A stretch of 63,722 nucleotides of DNA, counting the filler. It is 9 parts of 9 records of this genome, joined end to end, with 100 filler letters (N's around TTAATTAATTAA, not from the genome) between each part and the next. Parts side by side here need not be neighbours in the genome. Positions count along the whole stretch, not along the records: positions 42,275 to 51,525 come from SRR20825010_242; positions 51,626 to 55,382 come from SRR20825010_253; positions 55,483 to 60,290 come from SRR20825010_254; positions 60,391 to 63,722 come from SRR20825010_260; 5 more parts are not named here. One strand, 5' to 3'. Both the position numbers and the translations under genes were made by a program. The notes beneath the pieces are model-generated. The model saw only the letters and a list, made by a program, of their open reading frames with translations. It searched no databases and was not told the origin of the DNA. Shown here in pieces: positions 50,573-61,677 of this stretch. How positions within the stretch are numbered: position 1 is the stretch's first letter; each line of letters begins with the position of its first letter.

Positions 50573-50606
50573 AAAAGGCGGCTCGGGATCACCCGGCCGC
50601 CTTTTT
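50573..50606 (-). terminator. gatB terminator
   Basis: AAAAGGCGGCTCGGG-ATCA-CCCGGCCGCCTTTTT. Confidence 0.8.
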
Positions 50607-50628
50607 CATACTAAGGTTATCTTCGGGA

Positions 50629-51525
50629 TCAGCCCGCGAGTTTCTTCTTCAGCAACTCGTTGACCATGGCCGGGTTGGCCTTGCCCTGGCTCTGCTTCAT
50701 CACCTGACCGACGAAGAAACCGAACAGCTTGTCCTTGCCCGAACGGTATTCCGCGACCTTTTCAGTCTGGGACGCCATGACACTGTCGATCAGTTCTTCG
50801 ATCGCGCCGGTGTCCGTGACCTGACGCAGGCCCTTCTCCTCAACGATCGTCGACGCGTCCTTGCCGCTCTCGAACATCTCCGCGAAGACGTCCTTGGCGA
50901 TACGGCCCGAGATCGTGTTGTCGGTGATCAGGTCGATCAACCCGCCCAGCTTCGCCTCGTCGACCGGCGAATCAGAGAGATCCTTGCCCGCCTTGTTGAG
51001 GTTGCCGAACAGCTCGGTGATCATCCAGTTCGCGGCCAGCTTCGGATCACGCCCGTCCGCCACCTTCTCGTAAAAGGCCGCTGTCTCCTGCTCTTCCACC
51101 AGGATAGCGGCGTCATACGGGCTGAGCCCGAAATCCGCCATGAAGCGCGCCTTCTTGGCGTCCGGCAATTCCGGCAGCTTGGCTTTCTCCGCCTCGACAA
51201 ACTCCTCGCTGAAAATCAGCGGCAGCAGATCGGGGTCCGGGAAGTAGCGGTAATCATGCGCCTCTTCCTTCGACCGCATGGAACGGGTCTCGCCCTTGTT
51301 CGCGTCGAACAGGCGGGTTTCCTGATCGATGGTGCCGCCATCCTCGATGATCTCGATCTGACGGCGTGCCTCGTATTCGATGGCCTGCTGCATGAAGCGG
51401 ATCGAGTTCATGTTCTTGATCTCGCAGCGGGTGCCGAGTTCATCGCCCGGCTTTCGGACGGAGACGTTCACGTCGGCCCGCATGGAGCCTTCCTGCATGT
51501 TGCCGTCGCAGGTGCCGAGATAGCG
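50629..51525 (-). CDS. gatB: Asp/Glu-tRNA amidotransferase subunit B (5'-truncated)
   Basis: [41 protein letters not shown]. Confidence 0.97.
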   Translation of the reverse strand, partial: RYLGTCDGNMQEGSMRADVNVSVRKPGDELGTRCEIKNMNSIRFMQQAIEYEARRQIEIIEDGGTIDQETRLFDANKGETRSMRSKEEAHDYRYFPDPDLLPLIFSEEFVEAEKAKLPELPDAKKARFMADFGLSPYDAAILVEEQETAAFYEKVADGRDPKLAANWMITELFGNLNKAGKDLSDSPVDEAKLGGLIDLITDNTISGRIAKDVFAEMFESGKDASTIVEEKGLRQVTDTGAIEELIDSVMASQTEKVAEYRSGKDKLFGFFVGQVMKQSQGKANPAMVNELLKKKLAG

Positions 51526-51625
51526 NNNNNNNNNNNNNNNNNNNNNNNNNNNNNNNNNNNNNNNNNNNNTTAATTAATTAANNNNNNNNNNNNNNNNNNN
51601 NNNNNNNNNNNNNNNNNNNNNNNNN

Positions 51626-54600
51626 TGAAGCGCGTCGAGTGTCTCGCCGAAGACTGCCGCAATGCGCGAAAAGTCCTCTTCCGAATGCGCGGTGGTCAGG
51701 AAACAGGGATAACCATCCTGGACATGCAGGCCCTGCATCCGCGCACAGGGGTAAAACAGCGCGCCGAGCGGGTCGGCATTGCCGAAATCTGTCACGAACC
51801 AGCTCTTGTAGCCATGGATCTGCGTCGCAATCCCGCGATCCGAAAGCTGACCGTTCAGCTCCGTGACGAGCGCTTCCGTACGGGTGGCCACCCGGTCATA
51901 GAGCGCACGGCCTTCACCCTTGATGTGCTCGAGCACGGCGCGTGTCGCCGCCAGAACCACGGGATGGCGCACGAATGTGCCTGCAAAGAAAGTCGGCGCG
52001 ACCATTGGCACGCTGTCGTCGCCATAATTCCAGTGACCGCCATCGAGCGCATCCATATACCGGCTGTCTCCGGCCAGAACGCCAATCGGCATTCCGCCGC
52101 CCAGCACCTTGCCATAGGTGGCGAGGTCGCCGCGTATGCCCCAGACTGCCTGCATGCCGCCGGGGTCGACGCGGAAGCCCGTCACCACCTCGTCGAAGAC
52201 CAGCGCGAAATCGCGTTCCGTTGCGAGCGCGCGCAGCGCACGCACGAATTCGACCGGCTGCAGCTCCGGGTGCCGGCTCTGCACCGGCTCGATGATGACG
52301 GCCGCAAGCTCGTCCGCATTGGCGCGGATCCAGTCGAGGCTCTCGGGCGCGCCATAGGGCAGAACCGTGATGTTCGACAGGGAATCTGCGGGAATGCCGG
52401 CGGCTATGGGCAAGGTGCGATGCTGCCCCGCACGGCTGCGGCCCTTGACCAGAACCTCGTCGAACTGGCCGTGATAGTCGTTGCCGAAAACGACGACGCG
52501 GTTGCGGCCCGTCACGGTGCGGGCAACCCGCATGGCGGCCATCACCGCTTCCGATCCGGTGTTGCAGAAGGTGACGCGGCTGTGCCCGGTCAGTTCGCTG
52601 ATCAGCTCCGCCACCTCGCCGGCGAGCGGTGTCTGCGGGCCAATGGCAAAGCCCCTGTCGGTCTGGGCGCGGATCGCTTCGACCACGAAATCGGGGGCGT
52701 GGCCGAAGGCGGTTTGCCCCATGCCGTTCACGAGATCGATATATTCATTGCCGTCTATGTCCCAGATGCGCGATCCCTTCGAGCGGTCGGAGACAACAGG
52801 GAAGACCAGTTCCTTCCAGTCGGCGCGAAAGCCGGAGGCCGCGCGCGGATCGGCCAGATGCGACCGGTGTTCCTGCGTGAACGCTTTGGAGCGGGCGTTC
52901 CTCTCGCAATAGCGGGCAACCAGATCGTTGATGAAGGCGCGTTTTTCCTCCGTGAGCGCCTGTTCGCCGGCCTGCGCACCTGGCTTGTACACGCGGATGC
53001 GGCCGCCGCCGATCTCGCTCTCGTCGCCGCTTGTGTTCGGCACAGGCGCAGGCGCGGCGACTGGAGCCGGTGCAGGCTGCGGCGCGGCTGAAGGCGCGGC
53101 CGCCGGCACGGAGCCGCCAAGCGACTGGATAGCCGCGAACTGCTGCGCGAAAAGTTGCTGCGCCATCTGCAACTGGGACTGGAAAAGCGCCTCGAGCCCA
53201 TGAGGTGCCTGTGGAGTTCCATTCGCCACTGAAGATGGCGCAGCAGACGCGACGTCCGGCGTGGGGGGGACCTGAGCCACCGGAGAAGGTGACACCGCCT
53301 GCACGGCATCCGCCGGCAGTTCGGTGTCGAGGTGTCGCGCCAATTCATGAATGGTCGGTATGTTGCCGAGCAGTTCGCGGAAGGAGAGCTTGATCCTGTA
53401 TTCCTTCTCCACCTTCTGCGCGAACTGGCCGATGAAGAGGGAATCGAAGCCAAGCTCCAGAAAGGTCGCTCCGGCTGCATCGCCTGGCAGGTCTTCGCCT
53501 GAAAGGTCTGAGAGCAGGGCGGTCAGGGCGCGTTCCAGTGTGGCGCGCCGGTCGATGGTCGAAGGTGCGGTGGTCATTGGGCTCATTCCGTCTGTCGGGA
53601 TTGCTTGTACCGGTGCTTCGGGCAGCGTATGGGCAAGTGCCGCATGCGCCCGGTTCTCCGGCGTCGGTGCGTCGATCCAGTGCATCTGGCGCTGGAAGGG
53701 ATAGGTCGGCAGCGGAATTTTCCGCCGCGCGGTCTCTGGCAGGGCCGGCCAGTCGAGCTCGCAGCCGGCGATCCACGACCGCGCATGGGCTTCGGCGAAA
53801 ACCTCCTCACCAAAGGATGCGCGGTCGTGTTCGGGCAGGGACTGGATGATGGCGGCGATGTCATCGCGCTTCAGCGTCTGCGCGGTGAAGACAGAAAGCG
53901 TGCGGCCGGGGCCGACCTCGATGAAGACGGGCCTGCGCTCGCGCGCAATGGTCGTGATGCCGTCGGCAAAGCGCACCGCATCGCGGCAGTGGCGCGCCCA
54001 GTAGGCGGGCGAAGCGCCCTGGGCGTCCGTCTGCCAGTCGCCGCTCACACAGGAAATGTATGGAATGGTGGATGGACCGTATTCGACCTTCGCCGTCTCT
54101 TCTTCGAGCGCCCTGGCAGCCTCGTCCATCATGGCCGAATGGAAGGCATGCGAGGTGTGCAACCGGCTATAGGCGATGCCTGCGGCGTCAAGCGCTGCGC
54201 ATGTCTCGTCCATCGCGTCGAACGTGCCGGAGATGACGCTGAGCTTCGGTGCATTGATGGCGGCGATTTCCACCCCGTCGCAAAGATGCGCGGCCACCGT
54301 TTCCGTATCCGCCCGCACGGAAACCATGGCGCCCGTCGGCTGGGTCTGCATCAGCCGCCCGCGCGTTGCGACGAGCCCGAGCGCGTCCTCGAAGCGCATC
54401 GTGCCCGAAAGTGTGGCGGCAACGAATTCACCCACGCTGTGGCCGATCATGGCGTCGGGTACCAGGCCACGGCTCATCCAGAGCTTTGCCGTCGCATATT
54501 CGACGAGAAAGAGTGCGGGCTGGGCAATCTGCGTATCGCGTAGTGCTTCGGAAAGCTCTTCCGGCGCGTCGCCTTCCGGCAACCGGATGAAATCGCGAAT

Positions 54601-55382
54601 GTCGCGGCCAATCAGAGGCTCAAGAAGATCAGCACCCTTGTCGATCCATTCGGCAAAGACCGGTTCGGTCCCATAAAGGGCGCCACCCATGCCCACATGC
54701 TGCGCGCCCTGTCCGGGAAACATGAAGACCACGGGCGGCGCATCCTGTGCTGCCTCGCCGCTGATCGGGCGTTTTGCTTCAAGCGCAGCAATCGCTTCGT
54801 CGCGCGTGCACGCAATGACAGCCGTTCGGTGCGAAAAAGCATGCCGCCCCTGCTGCAGCGTGTGCGCCACGGTGGCGAGCGGCTCTGTGCTGTCGCGCAG
54901 TACCTCGGCCAAATTCTTGCGCATGGCGGCAAGCGCCGCCTCGTTTCGCGCCGAAAGCGGGAGAATGACCGCTCGGCCGGGCGATGTCTCCGAAAGAACA
55001 TCTCTGTCGGGCGCCTGTTCGAGCACCACATGTGCATTGGTGCCGCCCACCCCGAACGAGCTGACACCGGCGCGGCGCTTTGCGCCCGCCGCTTCCCACG
55101 CTACGAGTTCCGTTGGAATGCGGAACGGACTGTTTTCCAGTGCCATATGCGGGTTGGGCGACACGAAATTCGCCACCGGCGGGATTTCGCCGTCGCGCAC
55201 CACGAGTGCCGCCTTGATCAGACCCGTCACGCCTGCGGCTGCATCCAGATGGCCGATATTGCCCTTTACGGAGCCGAGCGCGCAGTGGCCTTCAGTGCCA
55301 TCGCCGCCAAAAGCGTTCATCAGGCCGTTGAATTCGATGGGGTCGCCGAGCGGCGTGGCAGTGCCATGGCACTCCACATAAC
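51626..55382 (-). CDS. Type I PKS fragment: KS (C-terminal part)-AT-ACP-class III aminotransferase; truncated at both ends
   Basis: HGTATPLGDPIE, KGNIGH, FPGQG, GHSVG, HAFH, GFDSL, NTGSEA, FDEVVTGFR, YGKVLGGG. Confidence 0.93.
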
Positions 55383-55482
55383 NNNNNNNNNNNNNNNNNN
55401 NNNNNNNNNNNNNNNNNNNNNNNNNNTTAATTAATTAANNNNNNNNNNNNNNNNNNNNNNNNNNNNNNNNNNNNNNNNNNNN

Positions 55483-56091
55483 GCCGAACTGAGCAGCTAC
55501 GAAGACCTCAGCGACCCTAAATGGAAAGGCAAAATCTGTATTCGCTCTTCCAGCAATGTCTACAACCAGTCCATGGTGGCATCACTGATCGCCGCCAATG
55601 GCCTGGAGGCCACCGAAGAATGGGCCAAGGGGCTGGTGGCCAATTTCGCCATGCCACCCAGAGGTGGCGATCGCGACCAGATCAAGGCAGCGGCGGCCGG
55701 CCAGTGCGACCTGGCCATCGCCAACACCTATTACCTGGCGGGCATGCTCACCAGCGATGACGAAGAGCAACGGGCTGCCGCCGAGAAAATGGCCGTGTTC
55801 TGGCCCAACCAGGATGGTCGTGGCGCTCACGTCAATATCTCCGGTGCTGCCGTCACCGCCTCGGCACCCAACCGCGACAACGCCATTGCCCTGCTGGAAT
55901 TTTTAAGCACCGATGCGGCACAATCCTGGTATGCACGTGAAAATGGCGAATACCCCATCCGCGACAATATCGAGATTGGTCCGGTACTGAGCAGCTGGGG
56001 CACCTTCAAGGCGGACCCGGTGGAACTGTATAAGCTGGGAGCCGGCAATGGCGAGGCCCTGCGCCTGATGGATCGGGCCGGCTGGCGCTAG
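55483..56091 (+). CDS. fbpA: Fe3+ ABC transporter substrate-binding protein (5'-truncated)
   Basis: RSSSNVYNQS, GGDRDQI, ANTYY, HVNISG. Confidence 0.9.
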   Translation, partial: AELSSYEDLSDPKWKGKICIRSSSNVYNQSMVASLIAANGLEATEEWAKGLVANFAMPPRGGDRDQIKAAAAGQCDLAIANTYYLAGMLTSDDEEQRAAAEKMAVFWPNQDGRGAHVNISGAAVTASAPNRDNAIALLEFLSTDAAQSWYARENGEYPIRDNIEIGPVLSSWGTFKADPVELYKLGAGNGEALRLMDRAGWR

Positions 56092-56113
56092 CAGCCCGCC
56101 AAGCCCTCTCTAA

Positions 56114-57730
56114 ATGCCAGACTCTCCACGACAACAACAGACACTGATCAGTACCGGCGCAGTGCTTCTGGCACTGTTGCTGGCACTGCCGGTGATTGTC
56201 GTGGTGAGCTACGTGTTTGTACCCACTGGCGAAATCTGGAGCCATCTGGCCGCCACGGTGCTGCCGGATTACATTATCAACTCGCTGCTGCTAATGCTTG
56301 GCGTCGCCATCGGCACCCTGCTGATCGGAGTGAGCACCGGCTGGCTTACCAGCATGTGCCAGTTTCCCGGCCGGGGCATTTTCGAATGGGCCCTGCTGCT
56401 GCCCATGGCCATGCCCGCCTACATCATCGCCTACACCTACACCGGCATGCTGGACTTCTCGGGACCGGTACAAACCACCCTGCGGGAGCTCACCGGCTGG
56501 GGCTACGGGGATTATTATTTCCCCGATCTTCGCTCAATCGAAGGGGCCGCCATCATGCTCACGCTGGTGCTCTACCCCTACGTTTACCTGCTCAGCCGCG
56601 CCGCCTTTCTCAATCAGTCCATCTGCGTGCTGGATGCCAGCCGCACTCTGGGCAACGGCCCCTGGCGCACCTTTCTGTTTGTCGCCCTGCCATTGGCGCG
56701 ACCGGCAATAATCGCCGGGCTGTCGCTGGCATTGATGGAAACCCTCGCGGATTTTGGCACCGTGCAATATTTCGGAGTCTCCACCTTTACCACCGGCATC
56801 TTCCGCACCTGGTTCGGCATCGGCAATGCCGCCGCCGCGGCCCAACTGGCTGCAGGGCTGATGTGTTTCGTGATGATTCTGATTCTGGTGGAGCGCTACT
56901 CCCGACGCCGCGCCCGTTACCACCACACCAGCCGCCGCCATCAGGATATCCACCGCTATTCACTGCGGGGCATGCGAGCCGTTGCAGCAAGCGGCTTCTG
57001 CTTCGGTATCGTCGCATTGGGATTTCTGCTGCCAGCCACTCAATTGCTTGGCTGGACGGTCAGCGTTGCCGACCAGGTCCTCGACGCGCGGTTCATCGGA
57101 CTGGTGTCAAACAGTCTCGAGCTGGCCAGTTACGCCGCCGTGCTGGCTCTGCTGCTGGCTTTACTGCTGGCCTACAGCCAACGACTGTTTCCGGGCAAGG
57201 TTTTACAGGGTGCCGTCCGGCTGGCGGGCATGGGCTACGCGGTACCCGGCCCGGTGATTGCGGTGGGCGTTATGATCCCTTTTTCCTTTATCGACAACAG
57301 CATTGATGGCTGGGCGCGCAGCAATTTCGATATCTCCACCGGGCTGATGCTCAGCGGCACCGTGGTGGCCGTGATTTTTGCCTACCTGACCCGGTTTCTC
57401 GGCGTGTCGCTGCAAACGGTGGACAGCGGCTTGAGCAAAATCACCCCATCCATGGACGAAGCCGGTCGCTCCTTCGGTTATGGCCCCCTGCAAATCCTCA
57501 GACAGGTGCACGTGCCGATGCTGAAAGGCTCCCTGCTCACAGCCCTGCTGCTGGTCTTTGTCGACGTCCTGAAAGAGCTCCCGGCCACCCTGATTTTGAG
57601 GCCCTTCAACTTCAATACCCTCGCCGTGCGCGCCTACGAACTGGCATCGGATGAACGCCTCGCCGAAGCCGCGCCCGCTGCCCTGGCCATCGTCGCTGCT
57701 GGTATACTGCCGGTCATCTTGATCAGTTGA
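56114..57730 (+). CDS. fbpB: Fe3+ ABC transporter permease
   Basis: AMPAY, YPYVYL, METLADFG, KELPAT; possible premature stop about 16 codons early. Confidence 0.92.
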   Translation: MPDSPRQQQTLISTGAVLLALLLALPVIVVVSYVFVPTGEIWSHLAATVLPDYIINSLLLMLGVAIGTLLIGVSTGWLTSMCQFPGRGIFEWALLLPMAMPAYIIAYTYTGMLDFSGPVQTTLRELTGWGYGDYYFPDLRSIEGAAIMLTLVLYPYVYLLSRAAFLNQSICVLDASRTLGNGPWRTFLFVALPLARPAIIAGLSLALMETLADFGTVQYFGVSTFTTGIFRTWFGIGNAAAAAQLAAGLMCFVMILILVERYSRRRARYHHTSRRHQDIHRYSLRGMRAVAASGFCFGIVALGFLLPATQLLGWTVSVADQVLDARFIGLVSNSLELASYAAVLALLLALLLAYSQRLFPGKVLQGAVRLAGMGYAVPGPVIAVGVMIPFSFIDNSIDGWARSNFDISTGLMLSGTVVAVIFAYLTRFLGVSLQTVDSGLSKITPSMDEAGRSFGYGPLQILRQVHVPMLKGSLLTALLLVFVDVLKELPATLILRPFNFNTLAVRAYELASDERLAEAAPAALAIVAAGILPVILIS

Positions 57731-57779
57731 ACCATTACCCGGACCCGCCGGGTGGCCGTCACCAGGGATACCCCATGAC

Positions 57780-58847
57780 ATGACATCGCAACTCACCGTC
57801 ACGGACCTGCAAATCAACTACGCCGGAACAAGTATCCTGCAACATATCTCCTTCTCCCTGGAAGCGGGTGAAATCGCCTGCCTTGTCGGGCCGTCTGGCT
57901 GCGGCAAAACCTCCCTGTTGAGAGCCATCGCCGGCTTCGAACCGATTTCCGCCGGACAGATCGAACTGCGCGGTCGGATCGTCTCCGGCCCCGACAAAAT
58001 ACTGCCGCCGGAACAGCGCCACATCGGCATGGTGTTTCAGGACTTTGCCCTGTTCCCCCACCTCACCGTAGCCAGGAATATCGCCTTCGGTCTGCGCAAA
58101 ATGCCTCGCGGGCAACGTCGGCAACGGGTCGACGAACTGCTCAGGCTGGTGGAGATGCAGGATGCCCGCAACCATTACCCCCACCAGCTTTCCGGTGGCC
58201 AGCAACAGCGCATCGCACTGGCGCGCGCCATGGCGCCGCGCCCGGATATCCTGATGCTCGACGAACCTTTTTCCAGTATGGACTCGGAACTGCGCGAACA
58301 ACTGGCTCGTGACGTGCGCCAACTGCTGCGCAAAGATGGCATCACCGCTATTCTGGTGACCCACGACCAGAACGAAGCCTTTGCCATGGCAGACCATATC
58401 GGCGTACTGGGAGAGGGAGCACTGCACCAGTGGGGCACGGGGTTTGACCTTTACCACCGGCCTGCCGACCGCTTTGTCGCCGACTTTATCGGCCAGGGTG
58501 TGCTGCTGCCGGGCATGATCATCAACGATAAACAGGTGCGCACCGAACTGGGGATAGTCACCGGTGATCTGGAACCCGGCGAAGCCACCTCACCTGCCAA
58601 AATAGTCGACCTATTGCTGCGTCCCGACGACGTCATTCACGTTGAAGACAGCCACCTGCAAGCTGAAATCGTCGCCAGGGCCTTTCGCGGTGCTGTATAC
58701 CTCTACACCCTCCGCCTGGAGAGCGGACAGAAAGTACTCTGTCTGGTGCAGAGCCATCACCAACACGAAATCGGTGAAATGCTCGGTATCCGTCTGGAGG
58801 CAGACCACCTGCCGGTTTTCAGGCGGCACACATCCCCGGCAACCTGA
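57780..58847 (+). CDS. fbpC: Fe3+ ABC transporter ATPase
   Basis: GPSGCGKT, LSGGQQQR, LDEPF, TOBE-like C-terminus. Confidence 0.92.
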   Translation: MTSQLTVTDLQINYAGTSILQHISFSLEAGEIACLVGPSGCGKTSLLRAIAGFEPISAGQIELRGRIVSGPDKILPPEQRHIGMVFQDFALFPHLTVARNIAFGLRKMPRGQRRQRVDELLRLVEMQDARNHYPHQLSGGQQQRIALARAMAPRPDILMLDEPFSSMDSELREQLARDVRQLLRKDGITAILVTHDQNEAFAMADHIGVLGEGALHQWGTGFDLYHRPADRFVADFIGQGVLLPGMIINDKQVRTELGIVTGDLEPGEATSPAKIVDLLLRPDDVIHVEDSHLQAEIVARAFRGAVYLYTLRLESGQKVLCLVQSHHQHEIGEMLGIRLEADHLPVFRRHTSPAT

Positions 58848-59006
58848 CACCCGGTCACTTATCCCGGGCACCGTTTAAAAAACCACAAAACTCCGCTCTG
58901 CTATCTATCCAGACGGCTTTTGCCGGATTACACTTCGCACAGCTAATCTGCCCAGGCGCCGACTCGACCAACCCCTAAAAATAATAACTATTTTTAATAA
59001 TCATTG

Positions 59007-60290
59007 ATGCTAAGAAAAACCTGCAAGGATGTGGTGCTGTTCCCCATCACCATTTATCGGGCCTGTCTGTGGCTCCCTGCGCGGCTGCGTGGCGACCGGT
59101 GGCACTCACGTGTCAACACGGCTCTCGGCCTGCTGCTTTACGGCCTGATCGGTCTGCCACTGTCCATCCTGCTGTTGCTTGAAATGCTGATCGTCATCAA
59201 TACCCAGCTGATGGCACAACCGATGGATGACGACGAAGATACACAGCGACCGATCTCATCGACCAGCTACAACCCCACTCACCACTGGCCAGGCAGGGCA
59301 CTGGAGGAATGGCCCTCAGACCTGCAGGTCACACTGCCCGGCTATGTGGACAATGCATCCCAACCGCCGGACCCGACACTGCCACGCGACCAGTTTTATG
59401 ACCAGCTACTGGCAAGCTACAGCCCCACCATCCTTCACAAAATGGGTCACGAACCACTGTGGGATATTCCCACCGACATCTTTTTCGACGGCGACACCGA
59501 CCCGCGCAACAACGTGAGCAAAGCCCTGAGCCTAGGCACAGTGCCCGCTGTGGTCCACGGTGAAGTCATCGCCGAAACCCATGACGCCTACTACCTCACT
59601 TACATGCTCTATCACGTCAAGGATTATGATTTGCCCGTGCGGGAAGCCCTCTCTGACGCCACTTTTCACGACGGTGACAACGAAGGCATCCAATTGCGCA
59701 TCGACAAGACCAGCATGCAGGTTACCCTGGTGGAAACCTGGTTCCACAACCGTTTCTTCCTGTGCAACCGCACCGGCGAATCCCAAGGCACCGAACCCAT
59801 CCAGACCCGCAGCCTGTTCGAGGGCGGCACCCACATTGTCCTGTTCGTCCAGAGCATGGGGCACGGCGTGCGCTGCGCCAACCCCGCAGATTTCGACGAA
59901 CTGGCCAGCAACAGCAAAATCCTGCGACTGGCCAGCGACCCGGACGGGCTGATTGCCCCCGGCATCGACGACCACACCGAATACAATATCGGCTACCGGC
60001 TCGCCAGCCTGAAACCCTGGTACCGCCTGGCTAAAACCCACGCCACCTCAGGCAATCACGCCACGACCCTGTTCGAAGACACCATCGTGCTGGGCACAGA
60101 TTCCACCGGCAGGGAAATTCAGATTGGCAAATTCTTCGCTGCCAACGACTTTGAAAAGCGCGCCTGGTCCCGCCCCAAACCGCCCTGGGCGTGGGATGAT
60201 CGCTGGGACGACATCCCCGTCGCCCTGTGGCACTTCCACCCCGCCCTGGCCTTCAACAGCCACACCGGCGAAACCTACTCGGAGCAGTAT
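59007..60290 (+). CDS. Hypothetical membrane-anchored protein, Vps62/NPP1-like motif pattern (3'-truncated)
   Basis: One TM; YYLTYMLYH..D, HDGDNE, GHG, PPWAW; family assignment is inference. Confidence 0.55.
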
Positions 60291-60504
60291 NNNNNNNNNN
60301 NNNNNNNNNNNNNNNNNNNNNNNNNNNNNNNNNNTTAATTAATTAANNNNNNNNNNNNNNNNNNNNNNNNNNNNNNNNNNNNNNNNNNNNGCGTGGGTGG
60401 CGCGGAAGGCGGCGGATGTTTTGGTGGAGGGGCGGTCCTGATTTCCTATATCCTGCCCCGGCGGTTTGTCTGTCTGGGGATGCCATCCCGGCTTTGTTAC
60501 AATA

Positions 60505-60537
60505 GTTTCGTTTGTTTCGTCTGTTTCGAATATTGCG
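60505..60537. promoter_or_regulatory. 9-bp-period direct repeats (putative operator)
   Basis: GTTTCG at 60505, 60514, 60523, with a degenerate ATTGCG at 60532. Confidence 0.55.
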
Positions 60538-60624
60538 TTTATGCCGACTGGTTGTTATATTTCCGGTACTGCTGCCGCCTTGACGGGGGAGGGGGAGCAG
60601 GAGGGGGAATAAGGAGAGCAGGTG

Positions 60625-61095
60625 ATGTCAGCATTGAGGAAAGATGACTTTGGCAGGCGGTTGCCGACAAAGATGGAAAGCGCCACAGCCGATCAGTTGC
60701 GCCAGATTATCGCATCCCAAGCCAAAGAAGGTGAAGATACACAGCTTACCGTCACCATGCCGGAAGGAAAGCCGCAGACGATTGCGCTGACCCCGGCATT
60801 GACGGCAAGCCTGATGGATTTGTTGCGTCTGGTATCCGGGCGACAGGGGTTTCAGATGATCCCGCTGAGTGCAGAATTGACGACGCAACAGGCGGCAGAT
60901 TTGCTGAATGTGTCGCGGCCCTATCTGATCAAGCTGTTGGAAGCGGGCAAGATTAAATTCATCACGGTTGGCCGTCACAGGCGGATCAAGGCAGAGGATC
61001 TGTTTGCCTATAAGCAACAGCGTGACACGGCACGCGATCAGGCGTTGTCCGAGCTGGCACAATCTGACGCCGATCTTGTTCTTAAAGGATACTAG
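60625..61095 (+). CDS. Excisionase-family HTH protein (putative antitoxin)
   Basis: ELTTQQAADLLNVSRPYLIKLLEAG...VGRHRRI; AGGAGA RBS. Confidence 0.88.
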   Translation: MSALRKDDFGRRLPTKMESATADQLRQIIASQAKEGEDTQLTVTMPEGKPQTIALTPALTASLMDLLRLVSGRQGFQMIPLSAELTTQQAADLLNVSRPYLIKLLEAGKIKFITVGRHRRIKAEDLFAYKQQRDTARDQALSELAQSDADLVLKGY

Positions 61096-61101
61096 GCACG
61101 G

Positions 61102-61677
61102 ATGACATACCGGTCAGATCATTTCACAGCCTTGCTTGACGCCTGTGTTCTGGCCGGTGTGCTTAAACGAAACCTGCTGCTTAGCCTTGCCGAGGCGGAA
61201 CTGTTTCGCCCGCGATGGAGTACGCCGATCCTCGACGAGATGGAGCGTGCCATCAGCAAAATATCGAAGGGTACTGCCGATACCGCCCGGCAGAGAAGCT
61301 GGATGGTCACGGCTTTTGAAGAAGCCTGCGTTACCGGTTTTGAGGTTTATATTGGTTCTGTGAACCTGCCGGATGCAAATGATCGTCATGTTGTGGCCGC
61401 AGCCATCTGTACGCATGCCCAGGTTATCGTAACCGACAACCTGAAGGATTTCCCAAAGGCCGAGCTTGGGAAATTTGGGATGGAACCCAAATCGACCGAC
61501 GATTTTATTGCCGATACCATGACGCTGCATGAGCATACCGCCTTTGCCGCTTTAAAAAAGATGCGGGCACGGTTCCAAAATCCAGCCCTGTCGACAGAGG
61601 CAATTATCAATGCTGCTGAAAGTCAGGGTTTGCTGAATACAGCGCTGCTTATGAAGCAGTATGAGGGGTATTGGTAA
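61102..61677 (+). CDS. PIN-domain protein (putative toxin)
   Basis: LDACVL, ILDEM, LPDANDRHV, VTDNLKDFP. Confidence 0.88.
   Translation: MTYRSDHFTALLDACVLAGVLKRNLLLSLAEAELFRPRWSTPILDEMERAISKISKGTADTARQRSWMVTAFEEACVTGFEVYIGSVNLPDANDRHVVAAAICTHAQVIVTDNLKDFPKAELGKFGMEPKSTDDFIADTMTLHEHTAFAALKKMRARFQNPALSTEAIINAAESQGLLNTALLMKQYEGYW

Noticed and set aside
45715-51573. Antisense ORFs of 305-425 aa opposite the CoxL-like gene, metB-like gene, lysR and gatB
   Set aside because: Shadow frames with no recognisable domains
51685-55434. Plus-strand ORFs (468, 312, 245, 230 aa) opposite the PKS
   Set aside because: GC-rich antisense shadows
57728-57730. TGA recoding (alternative genetic code or selenocysteine)
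   Set aside because: fbpC in the same contig ends normally at TGA and no SECIS-like hairpin is evident; a point change is simpler
14639-60390. Eight recurring TTAATTAATTAA palindromes in N runs
   Set aside because: Identical 100-nt artificial joins with stops in all frames; not biological repeats or a CRISPR array. Apparent gene neighbourhoods across them are meaningless
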